DNA from: Eledone cirrhosa
Taxonomy: Eukaryota
DNA length: 64,000 nt
Assembly (NCBI GenBank): GCA_964016885.1
Contig: OZ024742.1
Span: forward strand, 177,258,001 to 177,322,000
Direction of reading: 5' to 3'
In this document: positions 14,960 through 30,277 of the stretch, piece after piece
How positions within the stretch are numbered: the first letter of the stretch is position 1
Layout: each line of letters opens with the position of its first letter
Program-made: the position numbers and the translations under genes
The notes under the pieces: generated by a model
What the model was told of the DNA's origin: nothing
Databases searched by the model: none
Seen by the model: the letters and a program-made list of their open reading frames with translations, nothing else

Positions 14960-17375
14960 TCCTCCCGCTCTTCGCAAACTTCGGTGTCGCGATGACATTG
15001 TCATTAAACCTGCTGACAAAGGTCGCGGTGTGGTGGTTTGGAACGCTGACCTCTATAGGGCTGAGGCTCTCCGCCAGCTTCACAATACCCTTTTTTAACG
15101 CCCTTTATCCTCCGACTTCACTCCTGGCTACCAACAACTCGTGTCCTCCACCATCCACGAACTCATCTCCTCCTCTCATCTACTCCCCTCCCCCCCCAGC
15201 CACCAATCTTATTGTACGCACCCCTCGCACACCCACCATCTACTTCCCCCCCAAAATACACAAACAAAATAATCCTGGCCGTCCTATCGTTTCTGCGTGC
15301 AACTGCCCCTCCGAGATAATTTCTGAATGTTTAGACACCATCCTCGCCCCGTTGGTCGGCAATCTCCCCTCCCGCACCCACGATACAAATCATGCCCTTA
15401 GACTGTTCAACTCTTTATCCTTCCCTCTTGTTCCCTCCCGCCTTCTCTTTACCCTGGACATCACTTCTCTCTATACCGTCATCCCTCATGTTGACGGCCT
15501 CCGCGCTCTCCAGCATTTTTTTAGATTTACGCCCTACCCCTTACCGCAGCACTACCACTCTTCTCCGTCTGGCTGAGCTTGTTCTCACCCTTAATTGATT
15601 TCTTTTTTTTGGGTGAATTTTACCAGCAGGTCTCTGGGGTAGCGATGGGGACCAGGATGGGTCCAAACTATGCCAACTTGTTTGTTGGCTACGTCAAAGC
15701 CCAGATCTCCCAGTACGCTGGACCAACTCCTGAGCAATACGATCGTTATTTCGACGACTGTATCGGCGCCACCTCTCTATCACGAGAACAGCTCGACTGC
15801 TTTCTTTCTTTTGGCCTATCTTTCCACCCTGCTCTCAATTTCACCGCCTCCGTCTCCGATTCTTCTGTCGCTTTTCTAGATATCACTCTATCTATTAATC
15901 TCTCCCACCACAGCCTCTCTACTTCCATCTACATTAAACCAACAGACTCCCAATCTTATCTCAACTTCACCTCCTCCCATCCGACCCACACCACACACTC
16001 CATACCGTATTCCCAATTGCTTCGTCTTCGTCGACTCTAGCCAGGACGACGATTTCGAAACCCATTCCCTTCGTATGGCTTTCTGCTTCATCCAGCGTGG
16101 ATATCCCCCCACCTTGATCCAAGCTGCTTTCACCCGCGCCCGTGAAACAGATTGCACCACAGCCCTCTCACCTCACCCCCATCCTCCCAACACCCGTGTT
16201 CTTTTCCCTCGCACCTACCACCCTGTGACCCTACCACTCCGGCGGCATATCCTCCGTTCCTTCCGTATCCTCACTTCTGATCCCGTCACTTCTCGCTTTT
16301 TTCCAAACCCACCCATTACGGCTTTTAAGCGTGCCCGAAACCTCCGCGAATTCCTGCTTCGCAGTTCTTTTTCGTCCTCTCTCACGACTACGCCCGGCTC
16401 TCACCCTTGTTCCCGTTTCCGTTGCAACACTTGTCCCTTTATTTCCACCCTCACCAATCTTACAGGCCCTAAAGTGTCTTTCCATATCCGCCATTCCTTC
16501 ACCTGCACACCCACCCACGTTGTCTATGCCTACGGTGTTCCCTTGGCGCGTCTTTATATATCGGACAAACAGCACGCCGTACGGCGGATCGTTTTGCCGA
16601 ACATTTCAGGGACATACGACTCGGTTTGGATACTCCTGTCGCCCGTCAATTCTGTTCTCCTGGTCATTCTTCCCTACATGGTTCAGTCCTGGGTGTCCTT
16701 TTACATCATGGATCACAGGCCTCGTGCACCAGGACTGAACAAAGTCTGATTCACCGTCTTGGGTCCTATTCGCCTCTTGTACTCAACTCACCTCCACAAT
16801 TTCTCTAATATATCGTCCATTATCCCACCCCTTGATTCCTATCGCTTTCTCTTGATCATTAGCAGTTTCTCTTACTACTAATACATGCCGATACACACCC
16901 TTATATTCACATACTTTTGCTCATAGCTTCGTACTTACATGCACACCCACTCGTTTACTCACATATACACACACATTTCTTCTTATCTTAGTACGGACCT
17001 ATAATAAGACACACACACACACTAACTCATGCTTCCGCACGTGCTTAAGTATAGCTCTTTTTACAAAACGTTTTTTTTTCCATTTCAGGTAGACCCACCA
17101 TCATCCACTTTTCTAAAAACCAAATAATACACAAAACGCCAGCACCAACAGTTTTGCAAAAGATGTCAACATAAATGGATCTCATATTTTTACCTAAAGA
17201 CATTTTTTCCAATTCCAACCTGCACGTCTCTTCAATCTATTTTATTTCTCATTCTCTCTTCTGATGAAGGACTAGCGTCCGAAACGCTAAGACGCTCTTC
17301 ATGCTATATCAAGCGTTAACCTAATATATACCTTCCATATACTGTACCGATTGTGTTGTTATTTCTGTTTACCTT
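14960..17375 (+). mobile_element. Penelope-like element (Neptune-like) RT + Cys linker + GIY-YIG + 3' pLTR, frameshifted and 5'-truncated
   Basis: IKPADKGRGVVVW, PKIHK..NPGRPIVS, TLDITSLYTVIP, GVAMGTRMGPNYANLF, RYFDD, FLDI, PCSRFRCNTCP, HVVYA. Hammerhead at 17256-17293. Confidence 0.9.
17256..17293 (+). ncRNA. Minimal type I hammerhead ribozyme motif
   Basis: CTGATGA-A-GGAC-TAGC-GTCC-GAAACGCTA-AGA at the PLE 3' end. Stems I and III are weak. Confidence 0.6.
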
Positions 17376-17376
17376 T

Positions 17377-17408
<32 letters not shown>

Positions 17409-17517
17409 TTTACTGGTGTGAGTCTGTATACATATATGTATGTGCGTGTACATACTTATATTTAAGTAACAGCCGTGCTAGGAGTGAGAAGTGAAATTTC
17501 GTTTCATTTTTTCCGTT

Positions 17518-18395
<878 letters not shown>

Positions 18396-18681
18396 GAAAT
18401 GAAGGAAACCACTGAAATGAAGGAAACAATATCATTAAGAGACGAAGTACTGGAATTGTTTAAGAGAACTGACGGCCAAATTTATATATTTTATTACTAT
18501 AGTGTTGCATAACTGCTATTGAATAATCAATATATCGATATCTTAGTTTATTTTGCCCTTTGAAAGAATCATAAAGTAATGGATAAATTAAGTACTAAAC
18601 TATATCTTATTTGTTTACATATTTCAAACTTATGTACATATATCTCCATAAGCATATATATATACATACGCTGATACAGAC

Positions 18682-18725
<44 letters not shown>

Positions 18726-18840
18726 AAATATATATATACACACACACATATATATATATATATATATTAGGGTTAATATTGATGCAATTCAATCGAAGCA
18801 CTCAACGTACTTTTTCCACATACCTAAATAAATATATATT

Positions 18841-18933
<93 letters not shown>

Positions 18934-18967
18934 GTCTATATCAGCGTATGTATAAATATATATTTTG

Positions 18968-19384
18968 AGATAAAGAATCTTGCTAAAGAAATTCAGAAAC
19001 GAAATATCGTAAGCCTTAGCCAGGCTAACAAGATACTGAAAACCACCATGTTCTGTTGTCTACGACAAACAATAACATCTCGACAACTACACTTCATTAA
19101 AGAATGTGTCTCGTCTCGAGTTTACACCAACACCATCAACACCGATGTAAGAAGATTACAGCTTACCAAAAAGCAAGCAGATAGGCTAAAACGAGCACTA
19201 ATACTAAACATAAAATAGAAGATTTACAGAGAATTAAGTCATCAAGAAAAACATAAGCGTAACCTAATACAAGAAATAACAAAGATCCCCACACCAAGAG
19301 AACAATTAATATATATAAACCTTATATGTGACAAACACTTTAACAAGAAGTTAAAGTGGCTCAAACAGATGAAACTAAACCAAG

Positions 19385-19388
<4 letters not shown>
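18968..19388 (+). mobile_element. Probable N-terminal ORF fragment of the same PLE family as 34700-35268
   Basis: agataaagaatcttgctaaa.aaattcagaaacga matches 35233-35268, which directly follows the pLTR and its ATG. Confidence 0.55.
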
Positions 19389-19415
<27 letters not shown>

Positions 19416-19420
<5 letters not shown>

Positions 19421-20123
19421 AGATTTGAATGGATACAGTTTAGTTGAAAGGAATTTATTGACACGTGTTTCTATAACAGTTACATAACCTGAAAACAGCT
19501 GCTATCCACAAAGTATTAGTTATGCAGACAATCAATATTTCAATGTCATTATTTACTGTCATTTCATCAGAATAATATTACTGAGGACCTGTTTGGTTTT
19601 TATAGAGAATATTAGGAGAGAGGGGTGAAGTTGTAAGAAGAATAGTTGAGGGAGTGTTTTTTTGATAGCAGTGAGAATTTTTGGTGGCAGTGAGTAATTA
19701 GATTCCCATCTGTTGTTTTGACATTTTTACAGAATATATTATTGGTTATTTTTCTAAATCTATAGAGGGATTAGAGATAGTAAAGATATGTGCGGTTGGT
19801 TTTGTGTTTGCACTTAATTAACATTCAGACTTAAATTTTTTCTTTCCAGTGTACATATCCTTTCACCCACGCATTCTCACACAAACATATTTGCACCCCT
19901 CTACAAAATACATATACTCACATTCACATAGTAACATGTTCATACTTACATACATATACACATGCATACATATATATATACACACATGTATTCATTTACA
20001 TACATACGCGTTCATGTGTGTACATTTTCATACTCAACTTATCTTTATATACACACGTATAGACACACACATGTATACATACATACTCTAGTCTATGTGT
20101 ACATATATACATATACATATACA

Positions 20124-20175
<52 letters not shown>

Positions 20176-20703
20176 CACTTTAATACATGAATACACTTAC
20201 ATCTAACTATACACATCAAACATATATATATTTACTTATTTATATACATTTTCACATATATATACATACTTATGGTCGCTTTTAGACACATTCATTATCG
20301 CATTTTTGCACCTATTCTCATCAGCATATCTTTCCATTATTAGTGTGGTAATTTGAGGTTATTAATATACATATATATGTTGAGAAGAAATTGTTTTTAT
20401 ATTTTTCTAACTAGATTGAGGTTTATATAGTTGGGGGATGTCCCTCTTTTATGTAATATTCGGCTTGTAGTGGGAAAAAGGGGGTTTTAGTTCGGTGACG
20501 GAAAAATAATGTTCGTTCAATTCTGTTATTCAGCAATTTCTTCTTGTGTATGATTATGTAATAAATCTCAAGATTACACAATTTGCAGAAATTTTGGCTC
20601 CTGGAAAAGCTTTGGGTTTTAGCTAATTTCTCCCATTTGAGGGTAAACTTTTGATCGCTATCCCTGAGCGTCCAAGCTTGGACGCTCAGGGATACCGATC
20701 AAA
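19416..20703 (-). mobile_element. 5'-truncated copy of the PLE at 45392-48702, ending in a 54-bp fold-back hairpin
   Basis: Colinear with 45502-46718. The breakpoint at ...gagcgtccAAGCTT is followed by its own reverse complement ggacgctcagggataccgatcaaa. Confidence 0.92.
19455..19575 (-). ncRNA. Type I hammerhead ribozyme with long stem II
   Basis: Minus strand: TTATT-CTGATGA-A-ATGACAG...CTGTTAT-A-GAAAC-ACGT-GTC-AATAA. Stem III is the palindrome ACACGTGT. Confidence 0.75.
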
Positions 20704-21512
20704 TGTTCTAAATAAGGTTTTTTACGTATACAATGCTGAGAAAAATACTGAAGAATATATGCGCCCTATGATCATATATGTGTTGACTCAATGAGGAGTG
20801 GCCTGAGATCAATAACAATGTTGGCCTCATATCTAGTACCTAATGAGCACCGGATTAGGAAGTGGACTGATGTAGCAAGAGCCTGAGTTTCGACAATATT
20901 TAAATGGGCCTAAATATTTATTTTGAATATGATTTTAATCATACGTCTATATGATTAATCAGGATTGAACTATGTATAGACGTAACGACGATATTTGCTG
21001 TTCATAGACTACATAGAAACTAGTGATGAATTAGGGGAAGGGCTGTTGAGTCTGAGCTTGGGGCTCCGCAATATATGTTGTGGCCTAAATAAATATTTGA
21101 ATTCTTTTAATTATATGTCTATTTGATTAATCAGTATTGGGCTGCGGATAAACGCCAAAAACATCGATCTGGTCTAGTATAGATTACATGAAAATTAGCA
21201 ACGGATTGAAATAATGTAGAAGAGGTGACGCCAGGTATCTCACAACATTTAAAGGATTCCAAATTAATTCTCCCATGCAAAGGTAATCTACTCAAGATAG
21301 AAACTGATACTTATTTCTGAGACAAAACTAGAGATAAGGAAGAGTTACATTTCTTCCTGAATGAGGGGTTTAAGAAAATAGAAAAGATGGTTTTATGTTT
21401 CATCGCGGCTTTATGTAAAGTGATGATCATACAGGAAAGTTTTAATCTATAATTCTGACTAGTTTACTGATGTGGACCGCTGCGTCTGCGTTGCAAAAGC
21501 GTTAATGTGAAA

Positions 21513-24263
21513 GTGGAAATATTGGTCATGCCTCAATTTTATTTTTGATGTTTAGCCGTCTAGACTATCCCGATGTGGAAATATTGGTCATGCCTCAATT
21601 TTATTTTTGATGTTTAGCCGTCTAGACTACCCCGATGTGGAAATATTGGTCATGGCTCGATTTCATTGGTGATGTTTAGCCGTCTAGACTACCCCGATGT
21701 GGAAATATTGGTCATGGCTCAATTCCATTGGTGATGTTTAGCCGTCTAGACTACCCCGATGTGGAAATATTGGTCATGGCTCAATTTCATTGGTGATGTT
21801 TAGCCGTCTAGACTACCCCGATGTGGAAATATTGGTCATGGCTCAATTCCATTGGTGATGTTTAGCCGTCTAGACTAACCCGATGTGGAAATATTGGTCA
21901 TGGCTCAATTTCATTGGTGATGTTTAGCCGTCTAGACTACCCCGATGTGGAAATATTGAATATTGGTCATGGCTCAATTTCATTGGTGATGTTTAGCCGT
22001 CTAGACTTCCCCGATGTGGAAATATTGGTCATGCCACAATTTCATTGGTGATGTTTAGCCGTCTAGACTACCCCGATGTGGAAATATTGAATATTGGTCA
22101 TGGCTCAATTTCATTGGTGATGTTTAGCCGTCTAGACTTCCCCGATGTGGAAATATTGGTCATGCCTCAATTTCATTGGTGATGTTTAGCCGTCTAGTCT
22201 TCCCCGATGTGGAAATATTGGTCATGCCACAATTTCATTGGTGATGTTTAGCCGTCTAGACTACCCCGATGTGGAAATATTGGTCATGCCTCAATTTCAT
22301 TGGTGATGTTTAGCCGTCTAGACTACCCCGATGTGGAAATATTGGTCATGGCTCAATTTCATTGGTGATGTTTAGCCGTCTAGACTACCCCGATGTGGAA
22401 ATATTGGTCATGCTTCAATTTCATTGGTGATGTTTAGCCGTCTAGACTACCCCGATGTGGAAATATTGGTCATGCCTCAATTTCATTGGTGATGTTTAGC
22501 CGTCTAGACTACCCCGATGTGGAAATATTGGTCATGGCTCAATTTCATTGGTGATGTTTAGCCGTCTAGACTACCCCGATGTGGAAATATTGGTCATGGC
22601 TCAATTTCATTGGTGATGTTTAGCCGTCTAGACTACCCCGATGTGGAAATATTGGTCATGGCTCAATTTCATTGGTGATGTTTAGCCGTCTAGACTTCCC
22701 CGATGTGGAAATATTGGTCATGGCTCAATTTCATTGGTGATGTTTAGCCGTCTAGACTACCCCGATGTGGAAATATTGGTCATGGCTCAATTTCATTGGT
22801 GATGTTTAGCCGTCTAGACTTCCCCGATGTGGAAATATTGGTTATGGCTCAATTTCATTGGTGATGTTTAGCCGTCTAGACTACCCCGATGTGGAAATAT
22901 TGGTCATGGCTCAATTTCATTGGTGATGTTTAGCCGTCTAGACTACCCCGATGTGGAAATATTGAATATTGGTCATGGCTCAATTTCATTGGTGATGTTT
23001 AGCCGTCTAGACTACCCCGATGTGGAAATATTGGTCATGGCTCAATTTCATTGGTGATGTTTAGCCGTCTAGACTACCCCGATGTGGAAATATTGGTCAT
23101 GGCTCAATTTCATTGGTGATGTTTAGCCGTCTAGACTACCCCGATGTGGAACTAATGGTCATGCCTCAATTTCATTGGTGATGTTTAGCCGTCTAGACTA
23201 ACCCGATGTGGAAATATTGGTCATGGCTCAATTTCATTGGTGATGTTTAGCCGTCTAGACTACTCCGATGTGGAAATATTGGTCATGCCTCAATTTCATT
23301 GGTGATGTTTAGCCGTCTAGACTACCCCGATGTGGAAATATTGGTCATGCCTCAATTTCATTGGTGATGTTTAGCCGTCTAGACTAACCCGATGTGGAAA
23401 TATTGGTCATGGCTCAATTTCATTGGTGATGTTTAGCCGTCTAGACTACCCCGATGTGGAACTAATGGTCATGCCTCAATTTCATTGGTGATGTTTAGCC
23501 GTCTAGACTAACCCGATGTGGAAATATTGGTCATGGCTCAATTTCATTGGTGATGTTTAGCCGTCTAGACTACCCCGATGTGGAAATATTGAATATTGGT
23601 CATGGCTCAATTTCATTGGTGATGTTTAGCCGTCTAGACTTCCCCGATGTGGAAATATTGGTCATGCCTCAATTTCATTGGTGATGTTTAGCCGTCTAGA
23701 CTAACCCGATGTGGAAATATTGGTCATGCCTCAATTTCATTGGTGATGTTTAGCCGTCTAGACTAACCCGATGTGGAAATATTGGTCATGCCTCAATTTC
23801 ATTGGTGATGTTTAGCCGTCTAGACTACTCCGATGTGGAAATATTGGTCATGCCTCAATTTCATTGGTGATGTTTAGCCGTCTAGACTACCCCGATGTGG
23901 AAATATTGGTCATGGCTCAATTTCATTGGTGATGTTTAGCCGTCTAGACTAACCCGATGTGGAAATATTGGTCATGGCTCAATTTCATTGGTGATGTTTA
24001 GCCGTCTAGACTACCCCGATGTGGAACTAATGGTCATGCCTCAATTTCATTGGTGATGTTTAGCCGTCTAGACTAACCCGATGTGGAAATATTGGTCATG
24101 GCTCAATTTCATTGGTGATGTTTAGCCGTCTAGACTAACCCGATGTGGAAATATTGGTCATGGCTCAATTTCATTGGTGATGTTTAGCCGTCTAGACTAA
24201 CCCGATGTGGAAATATTGGTCATGCCACAATTTCTTTGGTGAAGTTTAGTTGTCTAGACTACC
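21513..24263. repeat. 62-bp tandem satellite/minisatellite, ~44 copies
   Basis: Unit ctaccccgatgtggaaatattggtcatggctcaatttcattggtgatgtttagccgtctaga, with a 62-bp period and high homogeneity. Confidence 0.98.
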
Positions 24264-24566
24264 TCACCCTAGAGGGGCGTCTAACATTTTAATCTAGCCA
24301 GGAATATGCCATTGAGAATTAACAAACTAACATTGCTGTTGTTTGTTTTTCTTATGTGCGTCGACTATAAATTTCTTACAGTAATGTATCAAAATAGACA
24401 TGATGCGTAAATAATTAAAAAAAAGTCGCTCTTTATTTCAAATTATCTGAATCGATCATGAAGCTTAATTTAGCTTGAGATATATTGTTTAAATGTAATC
24501 TGTGAGACCATTAATATCACACACCAACATCAACTCACACAGAGCAACATGAGTGCGGGTATTTAC

Positions 24567-24611
<45 letters not shown>

Positions 24612-24762
24612 CATACGTGTGTGTGTATGTGTTTGTGAATGTATATATATATATATGTATATACATAAATATATACAAACATATATATGTATAAATATTT
24701 ACAAACATTTATATATGCATACACGTACATATATGCATACACATACATATATGCATACGCAT

Positions 24763-24834
<72 letters not shown>

Positions 24835-25761
24835 AATATATATATATATACATGTGTGTATGTGTGTATGTGTGAGTGTGTGTGTGTCTTTGTGTGTGTC
24901 CGTCTGTGTGTATGTCCATGTGTCTGTGAATGCGTGTGCTCTTCTATTGTGTGACATGCCATTAAGAATGGCAAAGTTTCGGCAGAAATAAAACGACTTA
25001 AAGAGTAATCATGAAATATCTCATCTGACAAATAGTTATTTAGAATAGTTTTATCTATTTTCTGCAAATTTCACCCCACTTAATTACATTTTATACATTA
25101 CTTCGCTGCTTTACACAATATTTAGTTTCCATTATTCTCTGGTAGTTTTCGCATGACTATTCAACTATTGAACTATTGGACGTTCCGTTATTTCACATCA
25201 AGATGTATCTTCTTGCACGCAACTTTGTACTTTATACGATATTATAACTTCTGTAGTAAATTAGCTTTGCTATTTATGTCTGTTTATGTTAATTCCTGTC
25301 ATTTCATTTATGTTAGACTTTAATATGTCACTGACTTATATATTTATAACATTCTCACAGCTACATAGACACATTTATATTATTTTTCTTGCAAGACAAC
25401 CCATACCCCCTCCAACCCCCACCCCCACCCACCACATCCTCGACATACACAATAAAAAAAACATATACACATACAAATACTAGTCACATGGAAAATTGAG
25501 TTTCCAATTTCTTTAAGCATGTTATTGATTCTCATTGCTGAGGATTTAAAAAGTAATAGTTTTTCTATGAGGTTTCATTTATTTTTATAATTACTTGCAT
25601 TTCAATCAATTTTCTTTTACATGCTCTCGCATGTTTAGCATTATAAAGCATGTTTCCGCATCACTTCCGTTCGACGCACCCAATTCTCATCTCATTATTC
25701 AGCTTTGTGCAAACGAAATAATGTTAAATAACATATCAAGAACACAGATTCTGACATACAA

Positions 25762-25812
<51 letters not shown>

Positions 25813-25814
25813 CT

Positions 25815-25874
<60 letters not shown>

Positions 25875-25877
25875 CTT

Positions 25878-25947
<70 letters not shown>

Positions 25948-25952
25948 ACATA

Positions 25953-26036
<84 letters not shown>

Positions 26037-26043
26037 TATATAC

Positions 26044-26074
<31 letters not shown>

Positions 26075-26142
26075 TATGCACACACATATATATATATACA
26101 TATATATACACGCACACTCATATATGTATATATATGTGTGTC

Positions 26143-26214
<72 letters not shown>

Positions 26215-26879
26215 TGTGTATGTATGTATGTATGTATGTATATGCATATAATTGGTGGTTCTTCGCTTTGCAACGAAGCCATATTTTCTGCACTCGTTAT
26301 TATATAACTGATTGAATACTTTCCATGAATACATATGCTGCATGGTGACTCAACTGATGCTAATGGCGCGGAAACCAAATATTGGCATCATTCATACGAT
26401 TTATTACCTCATTAAGGCATTAAGATTTATATAACTATGATAAAGAAATACATTTACATACAACTAGCTTCCAGGTCCTCAGATCTTACGTGGCTTTACT
26501 ATTTTCACTTTTATCCAACACATTTTTTATCTACTAATTACATGTTATTGTGGTACACGTTTATTATATCATCAGTTGTTGCTGTTGCTTTTCGTATTTA
26601 TGGAGCTGCTGCGCTTGTTGTTGTTAGTAGTGTCAGTATTAGTAGTGTTGGTGGTGCTTGGAGATGAAAGCAGCATAGTCGCTTTACAATCGTTATGGCT
26701 CTCGTGTTCGACACCTCTGCGTAGCATTTTGCTCAAATATTATTTAGCATGGCAACGGTTCAGCCCGAATTATGTGACTGAAATTGTGTGTAACGAAACT
26801 ATTTGGAAGCACGTCGAATAGAGAGCTTCTCAATGCTTGAGGAAATGGAAATGGTCAACTTCACAGAGAAGGTTGTACA

Positions 26880-27570
26880 AGGGTACTTGAGATGAAAAGT
26901 GAAAACTCTCAGATCGCAGAAAAGACAAACCACATTAAAAGTTGGCATTGAAATCCGGCATGTTCATATTGTCCCCATTTGGAGGATCCCTCCATGCAAT
27001 CTAGGAATAACAAATCCAGGTCAAGTAAGTAGTACTTTACAAATGAGGAAAGACTTCACCTAACAATAGGTGTGCGAATCTAAGACTGGAGATTTTCGCA
27101 ATATTATTGTCAACAGTGAAAGAATGTCATCTCATTACTACCACAATATGAGGCATGAATAATCTGGAATACAGCACGGAAGACAAAATACGACGAAATA
27201 GGTATGAATATATTGTTACAACTGGTGTGACCTAAAAAGAGAAACTGCCACTAAATTAAAACAAAACCGTACTGATAGTATTGTTCGACAACGAAAATTT
27301 AAAATATGCTCTGCTGTATCGATCAACTACCCACACGATGTTCCTGTAGTAAGAAAGGTACAAATGGAAGAGAATATTTACGGACAATTAATGAAGAGTT
27401 GCAGATCCAGTACCTAAGATATACGTTTCATAACTCTTATTATAGAGTTACAGGAAATCGAACCTAACAGGACCAAAATATGACTGGACTTGGATTCTTG
27501 GAGTAAGAACGCAGTTCCTTAATTCATAAGCGAGAAATGGCCATGAGGTCTAGAAGCTTCAACATCTGTA
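26880..27570 (+). pseudogene. Possible very decayed RTE-type APE endonuclease fragment
   Basis: Only spacing-consistent remnants (W(N)(V)R, TGDF, YP(T)...E.IYGQL) with many stops. Confidence 0.3.
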
Positions 27571-28594
27571 AAACATTCTTAGGATGATAGAAATTTCCTT
27601 TTCTTTATAGAACTACGAGCGCGAGGTGAGCGGTCAAAATTAAACTCGAAATTAAGAAAAGGAGGCAAACATTCATACATATATATGTACGCATGCATAC
27701 TCACACATCTGCCATACGACATACATACACATATGCACACATACAGACATACAAACATACAAACAGTCATACTTCCACACATACATATATTCACCTTTAT
27801 TTCAATAAGGAATAATTGTAAATTATTGGGTAATTTAGAAAATCCTTTCAATCCAGCCTATGTGTGATTTTTGCCGTCCGAAGCAGAGTATCTAATATTA
27901 TGCTGTATATTGCCAGGGGGTTTGCAAACGTTATTCTGACCGCTTTAAGTTATCAATGGAAAATCAATATTGAAGCATAGAAAGTGGGTGAAACATTTGT
28001 TATATTACCGCGAAGAGATCATTATAGAACACAGCTGTTCAATTAGAGGAAAGTTGGGTTAGGAGTATATTGTATAATGTGCTTGGTATCGTTAACAATG
28101 ACAAAATTAGGTGGGCGTTGAATTATCGCTTTAAATAAACTTTAAGTCAAGGATTTGATCAGCAATTGAGTGTTACCTTTGAATATGACCACTTCCGATT
28201 AAATTTCCTGTTTCGGAATATATGTAGCAGACAATAGAAATCTCCTTATCCCATTCTACAGTCCAATTTTTTATCTTCAAGACATTCTTCATTTCCTGCA
28301 GTTTAGTTCGGTTTTTGATTGGGTTTCATTGCAATCATTTCGTAAACCTTTTGATAGGTTAAAACAATTTTACTCTATTTGTCTACTGTAAGATTCCTTT
28401 ATATTATATTCCATACTTCAAATTTCACCTCTTTTCACTTCACCATTATATACGAAGCTACAGTATCAGCGGTCGTTTCAACATTAATTCTATGTAGCCA
28501 ATTGCATTCCAATTTTAAGAATTGGACCGTGTAAATTAGTACTATTCTTAATATATTACTGTAGCTTCAAATCATATTATATATATATATATAT

Positions 28595-28692
28595 AGGAAA
28601 AGGTTCAGGACCCCGACGGCAGAGATCAAGCCGTGTTTCGACGTCTATTTCTGGACTATTGCAGTCCAGAAATAGTCGTCAAAACGGCTTGA
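28595..28692. mobile_element. Hairpin element family A, diverged partial copy
   Basis: gaccccgacggcagagatcaagccgt..tctggact-attgc-agtccagaaatagtcgtcaaaacggcttga. Confidence 0.75.
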
Positions 28693-29557
28693 CATGTGGA
28701 TAAATAGGATTCTTAGGTTTCTTTTAAGGTTTTAAAGTCAGCAACATGAGGGGCGATGGTAAATCGATTATACCACCCTTAATAATTGACTTGTACTTAT
28801 CCTATCGATAGAAAAGGATGCATGGATAAGTCGATGTCGGCAGGGTTGGAACGCAAAAGGTAGAAAGCCATAAATAAATGCCGCACTTGCCAGAAGAGCA
28901 TTTATTTTCTAATTTCTAAGTTCTGTGTTCAAATCCCTCCAAGGTCGATCAGGATGGCAATGACAGAAACGAAAATATTGGCAACAGGAAGCGATTGGGT
29001 GATCCATATTTCTTCTACTGAGTGAACCTTATTAAAAACATCGAAGTGATTATCAAACCGATGATTGTGTAAAATTGGGTATCGGAACCATGGGTAGGAA
29101 TAAAGACCTCTAATATGTCTTCAGTAAAAATGTGTTGTTTTTTTCAGTATTTGTTTCACTCTAAACTGATTCTTTTATTATTCCTATTTGTTAAAACTTT
29201 CGTGTAGAGCTAAAAAGCCAAGGGAGTCTATGGGAAGGTATACATCACCCTTAGAGTTAATAAACACAATCACAGTAGACAGAGAGATACAAATGGGGGA
29301 AAGCCATCGGGAGGCAAAAGCAACATAGAAAACAAGGGAATATGATAGATTTTTCACAATTGATTTGATGTGCACTGATCGTTTATATCTCATTAGTCTA
29401 AACACTTGTAAAGATATATATATATATATTGTTTTTGATATTCTATGGATTTCTTTGATAATCGTTTTTAGTTTTCAGAAAATTAATGCTACTTTAGTCA
29501 AAAGAAATTCTTGTAGTTGTATTTACACAATACGATGACTGACTAAAGGCCTATTCC

Positions 29558-29738
29558 TTGGCAGTATCGGTAGAGGATCGGACGCCATGCTTTGACGCAT
29601 AGAGTTACGTCCCTTTCTATTCTGAGTTCAAACCCGTCGAGGTTAACTTTGCCTTTCATCATTACGGGGTCGATAAAATAAAGTACCAGTTATGCACTTC
29701 GTAATTGCTGGCCTTGTGCCCAAAAGTAGAAACAATTA
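29558..29738 (+). mobile_element. tRNA-derived SINE (family S2)
   Basis: tggcagtatcggtagag, B-box gagttcaaaccc, gaggttaactttgcctttcatc..cggggtcgataaaataaagtaccag. Confidence 0.8.
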
Positions 29739-29920
29739 TATTAACAAATTAGACGTTATTATATGCTTGGGATGAGAAAATATATGGAAAAGGTCGGTTC
29801 AAATGTTTTGGACAATATGTCTTAAGGCATTGAAGAAATGGTGGAAAACTAATTGCTTTGGGGTGATTATTTATTTACGAAGGGTTCAAAAGATTCATTC
29901 GCAAATATATGTGTATATAC

Positions 29921-29952
<32 letters not shown>

Positions 29953-29975
29953 GATATTAAATAAATGGAAACTAT

Positions 29976-30277
29976 ATTTATAAAACCATATTTATTTCAT
30001 TATACATATTTCATGGATACCAAATTAAAATATGGCATGCCTTCGTCAGATAAAATACAATATATAAACAGTTTTATAAATAATTTTGACGTACCCTATT
30101 ATAAGAGACCATTATTTTCGGAAGACAGCTTCCAAAAATAATGGTCGCTTATAATAGGGTACGTCAAAATTATTTATAAAACTGTTTATATATTGTATTT
30201 TATCTGACGAAGGCATGCCATATTTTAATTTGGTATCCCTGAAATATGTATAATGAAATAAATATGGTTTTATAAAT
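29976..30277. repeat. Near-perfect 302-bp palindrome of PLE terminal sequence with a hammerhead-like motif
   Basis: Centre is ggaag-acag-cttcc (30120-30133). Right arm has CTGACGA-AGG...CCT-GAAATATGTA. Confidence 0.88.

Noticed and set aside
21513-24263. CRISPR-like array or repeat-protein CDS
   Set aside because: Units are contiguous with no unique spacers, there are no cas genes and the context is eukaryotic. 62 is not a multiple of 3 and the ORF track shows no ORF.
27870-28560. Very decayed minus-strand PLE coding remnant
   Set aside because: Only vague resemblance, with no unambiguous motif.
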